From a virus: a DNA stretch of 64,000 nt. Position 1 is the first letter of the stretch. Each line of letters starts with the position of its first letter. A program made the translations under genes and the position numbers. Shown here piece by piece: positions 58,439 to 64,000 of this stretch. The notes beneath the pieces are model-generated. The model ran no database searches. It was not told where the DNA came from and was given only the letters and a program-made list of their open reading frames with translations. The stretch is from positions 1-64,000 of the IMG/VR virus record IMGVR_UViG_3300045988_182554, one strand, 5' to 3'.

Positions 58439-59143
58439 ATGACAAAACAGTCTGACATTGAGATGGTTGCCAAAGCCAGAGCTTGGGCTGTTAAGGCTCA
58501 TGCCGGGCAAAAAGACAGGGCTGGGAAGGATTATTTCAAAGCGCACGTTACGGTTGTAGCAGAAGGCGTAAAAGGTGACCCAATAGCCGAGGCTGTAGCA
58601 TTTCTGCATGATACAGTCGAAGATACGTCCGTTACAATAGAAGACATCAGAACGGGGTTTCCAAAAGAGGTTGCTGACGCTGTGAGTGCGTTGACCCATA
58701 GCAAGGGTATATCGTATGCTGAATATCTTTGGTATATTCAGCAAAATTCGATTGCTGTCAAAGTAAAGCTCTCGGACCTTCGCAGCAATATGGACTTAAC
58801 CAGGCTCCCTCACACTCCAACTGAAAGGGACTTGGAAAGAACCAGAAAATACAAGCGGGCATATACGATACTGTCATCGAGAGAAGGTATAAGCGCAGTT
58901 AATCCGTATGCACTGTACGACTACTTGCTGGCAAACAACTGGAGCGTCAAAAGGAAAAGCACGAGGACTCCCGTTCTGGAAACAACGAATGGCTCAGCTG
59001 AAATCAAGGTGCCCATCGACCTGGCTTTGGCTGACTATGAGTCCAGGATGGCTGAGGCTTTAAGCGAGTTGTGTTCGTGTGAGGACATACCGTTCTCGAA
59101 TGCAATAGCGCGGATTACTGCTTGGAGACCGGTCAAACAATGA
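58439..59143 (+). CDS. small alarmone hydrolase (RelA/SpoT-type HD domain) fused to about 100-aa C-terminal domain
   Basis: HAGQKDRAGKDYFKAHVTVVA ... LHDTVEDT HD-domain signature of (p)ppGpp hydrolases. Confidence 0.75.
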   Translation: MTKQSDIEMVAKARAWAVKAHAGQKDRAGKDYFKAHVTVVAEGVKGDPIAEAVAFLHDTVEDTSVTIEDIRTGFPKEVADAVSALTHSKGISYAEYLWYIQQNSIAVKVKLSDLRSNMDLTRLPHTPTERDLERTRKYKRAYTILSSREGISAVNPYALYDYLLANNWSVKRKSTRTPVLETTNGSAEIKVPIDLALADYESRMAEALSELCSCEDIPFSNAIARITAWRPVKQ

Positions 59144-59573
59144 GCGCGGGCCTGCCATTATTTTTACGAAAAGCCTTGACTTTGGCTTTTACATATTGTA
59201 TAATTAAGACGCTGAATTTGATGAAAGGAAAATTGCACGATGTTTGCTGCTATGATAAACAAACAGAATAAATTGCAAAAGCTGTGGAGCAATTGGAATC
59301 TCTTCGGCTGTTTTGTGTTGTCTGTTTGTGCAAATCATAGTGCAGTGATGGTTGAATAAAATCATCCAAGTATCGGTTGTTTTCCATACTCTGCACGATA
59401 TGAGCACCTGTCAGACGCACAACGCCTGATGGGTGCTTTTTTGATGCAGAAAATCAGAATCAGGTCACTCTAATGCCGCTGGAGTGAATTCCAGCCAGGC
59501 TTATTAAAGTGTATGCTATTATACATAATGTATATTCGAGGATTCGCCAAGCGGTAAGGCACGGGAGATACCA

Positions 59574-59762
59574 ATGGCAACTCAGCGCAAAACTGCCGTT
59601 ATCTACGTCGAGGTCGGCGCAGACAAGAAGCAGGTCAAATTGGAGGACATCCAGAAGGCGGTCAAGGCTGTCGAAGGCACCAAGAATGCCTACGTCAACG
59701 CTGCCGACGCCGCAGTGTATTGTGTCGATGCTGACGGCAAGACCACGAAGGTCGAGCTGTAA
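59574..59762 (+). CDS. small hypothetical protein
   Basis: 62 aa with GGGAGAT RBS. Confidence 0.4.
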   Translation: MATQRKTAVIYVEVGADKKQVKLEDIQKAVKAVEGTKNAYVNAADAAVYCVDADGKTTKVEL

Positions 59763-59801
59763 AGCGTCTTTTCCCGTTGCCCGTTAAGCGGACGACTTCG
59801 T

Positions 59802-59877
59802 GGGAGTTTAGCTCAGCTGGGAGAGTATCTGCCTTACGAGCAGAGGGTCAGTGGTTCGAGTCCGCCAATTCCCACCA
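59802..59877 (+). tRNA. tRNA-Val (anticodon TAC)
   Basis: GGGAGTT/AATTCCC acceptor, TCTGC-CTTACGA-GCAGA anticodon arm, T-loop TTCGAGT, CCA. Confidence 0.65.
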
Positions 59878-59952
59878 AAGGTTCCTGGCTTCCTAGAAAA
59901 AGCCAGTGGTGGAGCTGATGGGTTAATACCATCACAAAACAGTGCATGTGCT

Positions 59953-60372
59953 GCCAATCACATGCCTTTCATGGGCCCGTAATGGTTTTCGACAGGGTAT
60001 GGAAGATTTCATGTCGCGGGTATGGTTCCGCCTCAAGGACCACCTTAAAAAGTAACTGACAACAATCGTTACGCTTCTCCTATCGCTGCTTAATTAAGCA
60101 GACGGAGACCAAAACAACGCACCATCTCGCGGGTAAGCGTGTGAGGTTCAAAGGTACGCAAGATATGTACGGCGCAGAATAAAACCGGAACCGTCTGAAG
60201 TCCAAGTACACCAAGACGTAAATCATGGTGAGCGTGGTCATCTGTCCGCTGCAAAAGGTTTGCCACACGACCAGACAAACAGTCCAAAGTTGTCAATCAT
60301 GTGACTATCGCGTAAGTAATCATGGAATTGGATATATGCTGGACACGAGTTCGACTCTCGTCGGGTCCACCA
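59953..60372 (+). ncRNA. ssrA: tmRNA (ssrA)
   Basis: 5' GGGCCCGTAATGGTTTTCGACAGGG pairs with 3' GGACACGAGTTCGACTCTCGTCGGGTCCACCA (tRNA-like domain, E. coli-like); internal tag frame GAC AAC AAT CGT TAC GCT TCT CCT ATC GCT GCT TAA. Confidence 0.8.
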
Positions 60373-60427
60373 GAATAGCGTATTTACGCTATATTTTAAT
60401 TTAGGGCGGTGCAAAAACCGCCATCAT

Positions 60428-60504
60428 GCTCCCGTAGCTCAGTTGGTTAGAGCATCTGACTGTTAATCAGAGGGTCGTCCGTTCGAACCGGACCGGAAGC
60501 GCCA
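60428..60504 (+). tRNA. tRNA-Asn (anticodon GTT)
   Basis: TCTGA-CTGTTAA-TCAGA anticodon arm, GTCCG-TTCGAAC-CGGAC T-arm, CCA. Confidence 0.7.
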
Positions 60505-60507
60505 TTT

Positions 60508-60584
60508 GCCGAATTAACTCAGTTGGCTAGAGTAGCTGACTCTTAATCAGAATGTCCGGGGTTCGAATCCCCGATTCGGCACCA
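60508..60584 (+). tRNA. tRNA-Lys (anticodon CTT)
   Basis: GCCGAAT/ATTCGGC acceptor, anticodon loop CTCTTAA, CGGGG-TTCGAAT-CCCCG, CCA. Confidence 0.7.
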
Positions 60585-60587
60585 TAA

Positions 60588-60663
60588 GGGCCATTAGCTC
60601 AACTGGCAGAGCGGGCGGCTCATAACCGCTTGGCTGGTGGTTCAATCCCACCATGGCCCACCA
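60588..60663 (+). tRNA. tRNA-Met or tRNA-Ile2 (anticodon CAT), elongator-type
   Basis: GGGCCAT/ATGGCCC acceptor (1-72 paired), anticodon loop CTCATAA, GGTGG-TTCAATC-CCACC, CCA. Confidence 0.75.
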
Positions 60664-60730
60664 AAATTTTGATGCAAAGCGTGCCGGTGTCAAAATAATC
60701 AATCCGCATTCCCGAGCACAATGTGGTAGA

Positions 60731-60806
60731 CGCGCAACAAGTGCTCGTAACTCAATCGGTAGAGTACCCGACTTTTAATCGGGGTGTTCGGGATTCGATT
60801 TCCCGC
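60731..60806 (+). tRNA. tRNA-Lys (anticodon TTT)
   Basis: CCCGA-CTTTTAA-TCGGG anticodon arm, CGGGA-TTCGATT-TCCCG, CCA. Confidence 0.7.
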
Positions 60807-60847
60807 GAGCGCACCATGCCCGGCAGAGCATTATCTGCCACTTTTGT

Positions 60848-60923
60848 GGGTGTATAGCTCAGTAGGCAGAGCGGCGGACCGTTAATCCGTTTGTCGCAGG
60901 TTCAAATCCTGCTACGCCCGCCA
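60848..60923 (+). tRNA. tRNA-Asn (anticodon GTT), C33 variant
   Basis: GCGGA-CCGTTAA-TCCGT anticodon arm, GCAGG-TTCAAAT-CCTGC, CCA. Confidence 0.6.
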
Positions 60924-60926
60924 TAA

Positions 60927-61004
60927 GCTCCTCTGGTGAAATTGGCAGACACAGTGCGTTCAAACCGCACCGTTTTGAGGGTTCGAATCCCTCGGGGAGT
61001 ACCA
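60927..61004 (+). tRNA. atypical tRNA with anticodon CAA (Leu codon UUG) but class I short variable arm; discriminator A73
   Basis: GTGCG-TTCAAAC-CGCAC anticodon arm, 6-nt variable region, GAGGG-TTCGAAT-CCCTC, CCA. Confidence 0.5.
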
Positions 61005-61033
61005 TGTCCGGCAGTACAACAACTGCCATTTAT

Positions 61034-61109
61034 GGGTTGTTAGCTCAGTTGGCAGAGCAACAGACCGTTAATCCGTAGGCCGCAGGTTCGAATCCTGCAC
61101 AACCCGCCA
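61034..61109 (+). tRNA. tRNA-Asn (anticodon GTT), third copy with anticodon-stem mismatch
   Basis: ACAGA-CCGTTAA-TCCGT, GCAGG-TTCGAAT-CCTGC, CCA. Confidence 0.55.
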
Positions 61110-61112
61110 TAT

Positions 61113-61187
61113 GCTCCAGTGGCGAAACTGGCAAACGCGGCGGCTTTAAGTCCCGTTTTATTCTGGGTTCAACTCCCAGCTGGAGTA
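61113..61187 (+). tRNA. atypical tRNA with anticodon TAA (Leu codon UUA), class I shape, no encoded CCA
   Basis: GCGGC-TTTAAGT-CCCGT anticodon arm with C-C mismatch, CTGGG-TTCAACT-CCCAG, discriminator A. Confidence 0.45.
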
Positions 61188-61195
61188 TCTATATA

Positions 61196-61271
61196 GGGGT
61201 GTAGCTCAAGTGGTAGAGCAGCGGTCTCCAAAACCGCTTGTTGCATGTTCGAGTCGTGTTACCCCTGCCAC
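61196..61271 (+). tRNA. tRNA-Trp (anticodon CCA)
   Basis: AGGGGTG/TACCCCT acceptor (A1-U72), GCGGT-CTCCAAA-ACCGC, CCA. Confidence 0.7.
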
Positions 61272-61640
61272 AATAAGAAAAGCCGTCCTCACATAAGAGG
61301 CAGCTTTTTGTTTTGGAGAGTATTCAGACCAAAAAAACTAAACCACAAGTTGATTGCGAACTTGCGAAAACATGGTATAATAATATCAGAACGAAACGAA
61401 AGGAGATACCCCAAAATGCTGTGCAACACTGTTAATGTCATGTCGTATGAGTATAGTTACGAATATTCTGAGTTCATGTCCTTTGAACGCAGTTTTATTT
61501 CTCATACTCCTCGACAGGCAAAAACAGACCATGTACAGATGCGGTGCGTCTTCTAAGCGATAACTGCATGTCATAGCTGCTTGTCGAGATTTCGGCAGGC
61601 AGCTTTTTTGTTGCCTGCAATACAGAAAGGCAGCAAGAAA

Positions 61641-61862
61641 ATGAACGTTCCTACTATCGATATTCAGAAAACCGGTGCCAACATTAAGACGCTGCGAAAA
61701 GCAGCAGGTATCAAGGTGAAAGATGTGGCAGATACACTCGGCGTATCCACGCAGGCAGTTGCCAAATGGCAAGCTGGAACCGCGCTTCCAACCATTGATA
61801 ACCTTGTGATATTAGCAGCGATGCTGGATACCAAGATAGATGACATCTTAGTCATCGCATAA
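61641..61862 (+). CDS. XRE-family HTH transcriptional regulator (74 aa)
   Basis: IKTLRKAAGIKVKDVADTLGVSTQAVAKWQAG classic XRE HTH. Confidence 0.65.
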   Translation: MNVPTIDIQKTGANIKTLRKAAGIKVKDVADTLGVSTQAVAKWQAGTALPTIDNLVILAAMLDTKIDDILVIA

Positions 61863-61891
61863 ACCCTCGCCGCAGGATTGCGGCTATATAT

Positions 61892-61971
61892 GGCCCGTTG
61901 GACGAATTGGTAGAGTTGCCGCCCTTTCAAGGCGGAGGTTATTGTGGGTTCGAAACCCACACGGGTCACCA
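61892..61971 (+). tRNA. tRNA-Glu (anticodon TTC), long (8-nt) variable region
   Basis: CCGCC-CTTTCAA-GGCGG anticodon arm, GTGGG-TTCGAAA-CCCAC, CCA. Confidence 0.6.
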
Positions 61972-61972
61972 T

Positions 61973-62048
61973 GCTTCTGTAGCTCAGTTGGTAGAGCAGC
62001 GGTCTGAAGAGCCACGTGCAGTTGGTTCAATTCCAACCGGAAGCACCA
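61973..62048 (+). tRNA. tRNA-Phe (anticodon GAA)
   Basis: GCTTCTG/CGGAAGC acceptor, anticodon loop CTGAAGA, GTTGG-TTCAATT-CCAAC, CCA. Confidence 0.7.
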
Positions 62049-62051
62049 CAT

Positions 62052-62136
62052 GTGTCGGTATGCAAGTGGATAAAGCAAGCAGTCTGTAAAACTGTTCCGT
62101 TACGGTTCGCTGGTTCGAATCCAGTCCGACACACCA
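62052..62136 (+). tRNA. tRNA-Tyr (anticodon GTA), class II
   Basis: GTGTCGG/CCGACAC acceptor, GCAGT-CTGTAAA-ACTGT, long variable arm, CCA. Confidence 0.7.
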
Positions 62137-62140
62137 ATAT

Positions 62141-62214
62141 GGCCCCTTCGACAAATTGGTCCAAGTCACCACGCTTTCACCGTGGAGTTAGCAGTTCGAG
62201 TCTGCTAGGGGTCA
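62141..62214 (+). tRNA. tRNA-Glu (anticodon TTC), second copy, no encoded CCA
   Basis: CCACG-CTTTCAC-CGTGG, AGCAG-TTCGAGT-CTGCT. Confidence 0.6.
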
Positions 62215-62246
62215 CTACGTCGCACCTACGTTAAAAGGTGCATTAT

Positions 62247-62336
62247 GCAGAGGTCGCCTAACGGTAGGGCAGCAGCTTGCTAAGCTGCCGTCGCGGAAAT
62301 CGCGGCATGTGAGTTCGAATCTCACCCTCTGCGCCA
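62247..62336 (+). tRNA. tRNA-Ser (anticodon GCT)
   Basis: GCAGAGG/CCTCTGC acceptor, GCAGC-TTGCTAA-GCTGC, long variable arm, GTGAG-TTCGAAT-CTCAC, CCA. Confidence 0.75.
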
Positions 62337-62339
62337 TCT

Positions 62340-62427
62340 GCTTGCTTGTTCGAGTGGTTGATGAAATCGGTCCAGAAAACCGACGATGGGAGACTGTCCG
62401 AAGGTTCGAATCCTTCAGCAAGCGCCA
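62340..62427 (+). tRNA. class II tRNA-like gene, anticodon ambiguous (AGA if 7-nt loop with C33; loop may be 9 nt)
   Basis: GCTTGCT/AGCAAGC acceptor, 3-bp D-stem, long variable arm, GAAGG-TTCGAAT-CCTTC, CCA. Confidence 0.5.
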
Positions 62428-62786
62428 CTGCCCTCATTCTGTGCGGTATCCGTGCAGGTGAGGGCTTTTTCTTTTGCTTTTCGCTTCGAATTTCGGACTC
62501 GAATGGCGTTAATGGTCGGATATTCTTGATTATACATGCCTTTGCTGTATGGCAAATAGCTCCAAACAGTATTGGTTTTTGCACCCAATTCTTCTGCAAT
62601 TTCAGGAACTGACATACCGTTCGCACGCAGCTTCCCGATTTTTTCTGATGTTTCATCTGACCAGGCCCCGGCTGTAATCAGTATTTTGCGCACTTTCTGC
62701 AATGAGATGCCTGCACGTTTGGCAATGGTTCTTCTAGGTATACCTTGCTCATGGAGCCGGAGAACCGTCTGCATTGTCGCGTCCAT
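62415..62786 (-). CDS. HTH-repeat protein (2 repeats), 3' end overlaps tRNA and terminator so stop uncertain
   Basis: GIPRRTIAKRAGISLQKVRKIL and GMSVPEIAEELGAKTNTVWSYL repeats of the same type as in the 50-52 kb cluster. Confidence 0.55.
   Translation of the reverse strand: MDATMQTVLRLHEQGIPRRTIAKRAGISLQKVRKILITAGAWSDETSEKIGKLRANGMSVPEIAEELGAKTNTVWSYLPYSKGMYNQEYPTINAIRVRNSKRKAKEKALTCTDTAQNEGSGAC
62430..62475 (+). terminator. terminator after tRNA array
   Basis: GCCCTCA...TGAGGGC hairpin plus TTTTTCTTTT. Confidence 0.55.
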
Positions 62787-63012
62787 TTGTCAGTACCTCG
62801 CCGTTATCGATTTTTGTATTGCCCTAATTGTTGTACTTTAATCATACAGCAAAGCAACAAAATTGTCCAGGAAGCAAAAGTGCCTTCATTTGCCACTGAT
62901 TCATCTATTGCAAAAGAATGTGTATAAACTGTTACCATTTAACGCTTTCCGTTGTGAGAAATTGCGAATCGCGGTATAATTAAAGTGTAGAAAATGAAAG
63001 GATTTTTGCCGT

Positions 63013-63684
63013 ATGTACATTGATTTCACGAGCAAGCAGTACTCTTTCATCCTGCACGCTCTTGCCATCATGATAACGTTTTATAGCAACGATTTTTCCT
63101 CTATCTGCAAAGAGGTTGGAGAGGCTTATGGAGCAAGCGAGGCAGACATTGCAAGTGCTTGCGCTACTCTGACGGCTATCAACGTAACGGCTCCTGTTAA
63201 AAGCTATTCCGACAAGTGCAGCGAAATACTGGAAGATATGCTGCATCATGCACGGGAACTGCCGGAAAAGGATGCTCCGTATAAATACAGTATCGGCTTA
63301 GATACTCCTTCCTGGAAAGTCGTTGCCAATGCGTTGGATACATACTCTCGCATTCTAATGGGTCAATTTGGTGTCATTTATGAAGCCCTCGATATTTCTG
63401 GTAACGATGAACAGCACTTTCAGGCGTATCATGATGCACGCTGGAACGGAACAGGCGTCATCGAAGCCCGTGACCTTCTAATTCCGCAGCTCAAAAGGAT
63501 GGGAATTGGCTGGAACGGAAACTTCGGTATTTCCAACGCAGGGCTTGCCTACAACAGCAAGCTGGCATACGAGATTCTTAAAACCATTCGATATACGACA
63601 GAGAAACGAGATAGCTCCGTTCTGAAAGTGACAAACGAGCCGCTGCCGCATGTCGAGGGCTCTTTCCAAATCAAAGCACTGTGA
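63013..63684 (+). CDS. hypothetical protein
   Basis: AAAGGA RBS; 223 aa. Confidence 0.55.
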   Translation: MYIDFTSKQYSFILHALAIMITFYSNDFSSICKEVGEAYGASEADIASACATLTAINVTAPVKSYSDKCSEILEDMLHHARELPEKDAPYKYSIGLDTPSWKVVANALDTYSRILMGQFGVIYEALDISGNDEQHFQAYHDARWNGTGVIEARDLLIPQLKRMGIGWNGNFGISNAGLAYNSKLAYEILKTIRYTTEKRDSSVLKVTNEPLPHVEGSFQIKAL

Positions 63685-63706
63685 ACAAGATTGGAGGTTT
63701 TCCAGG

Positions 63707-63919
63707 GTGGGCGACCACATTATTTCTTTTCTCGACATCTGCGCCATGCGCGGTCAGCTGGTTTTGGCAAAAGCACCGTCCATCCCGGCTATCAATAACA
63801 AAACTGTGTATTGTACCGGCGCTCACAAACACGGAGAGGACCGCTGCATCGTTCTTGACGGTGAGAAGTACAGCCAGATTCTCTTTGTTGACGGAACAAT
63901 AAAATTATGCTGGCAGTGA
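63707..63919 (+). CDS. small hypothetical protein (GTG start)
   Basis: GGAGG 9 nt upstream of GTG. Confidence 0.35.
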   Translation: MGDHIISFLDICAMRGQLVLAKAPSIPAINNKTVYCTGAHKHGEDRCIVLDGEKYSQILFVDGTIKLCWQ

Positions 63920-64000
63920 GGTGGCATTGTGGATAATATCATTGTGAACAGTGCTCTCTGGTATGCCGAGCAGAGCAGTCAATTTCTTGCGAATTCTGGG

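Noticed and set aside
60055-60296. Small ORFs inside the ssrA region (60080-60296 minus)
   Set aside because: Overlap the tmRNA, whose tRNA-like ends and tag frame are clear.
61245-61772. ORFs 61245-61556 plus and 61386-61772 minus
   Set aside because: The plus ORF starts inside tRNA-Trp and the minus ORF is antisense to the XRE regulator gene. Only a possible 46-aa peptide from ATG 61417 with a GAAAGGAG RBS might be real, with low support.

Overview
The window is a 64-kb accessory region of a roughly 50% GC Firmicutes-type genome, organised as a long series of short cassettes that are almost all on the + strand.

- **Cassette architecture.** At least 16 cassettes start with the same sigma-A-like promoter: TTGCnn, a 16-bp spacer carrying a conserved palindromic operator (consensus TGTGCGAATTGCA), then TACAAT/GACAAT/TATAAT. 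Most cassettes end in a rho-independent terminator.
- **Defence-related cargo.** A Cas3-less, adaptation-less type I-C Cascade operon (cas5c-cas8c-cas7c), a BcgI-like type IIB restriction-modification pair, an SF1 UvrD-like helicase, an SF2 DEAH helicase interrupted by an in-frame TAG, an AAA+ ATPase paired with a PD-(D/E)xK-like protein, and a large P-loop NTPase.
- **Anti-defence-like cargo.** A NADAR/YbiA-family hydrolase, a DarG/TARG1-type macrodomain protein, a small alarmone hydrolase, and acidic small proteins.
- **Other coding genes.** A Y-family DNA polymerase (5' end truncated by the window edge), a SLOG/YpsA-like protein, an IS200/IS605-family TnpB, a flotillin-membrane protein-VWA operon plus a 120-bp duplicated VWA fragment elsewhere, a radical SAM protein, a DUF3990/DUF3791-like pair, and a family of proteins built from tandem HTH repeats.
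- **RNA genes.** A tmRNA (ssrA) and about 21 tRNA genes in arrays; several tRNAs are structurally atypical.

There are no phage structural or integrase genes in the window. Overall it looks like a mosaic defence/counter-defence island or part of a large phage-like element. The most novel candidate is the minimal I-C Cascade flanked by short promoter-terminator units carrying truncated repeat-like motifs, embedded in the shared promoter-operator regulon. All tRNA, tmRNA, promoter and terminator calls were hand-parsed and need tool confirmation.
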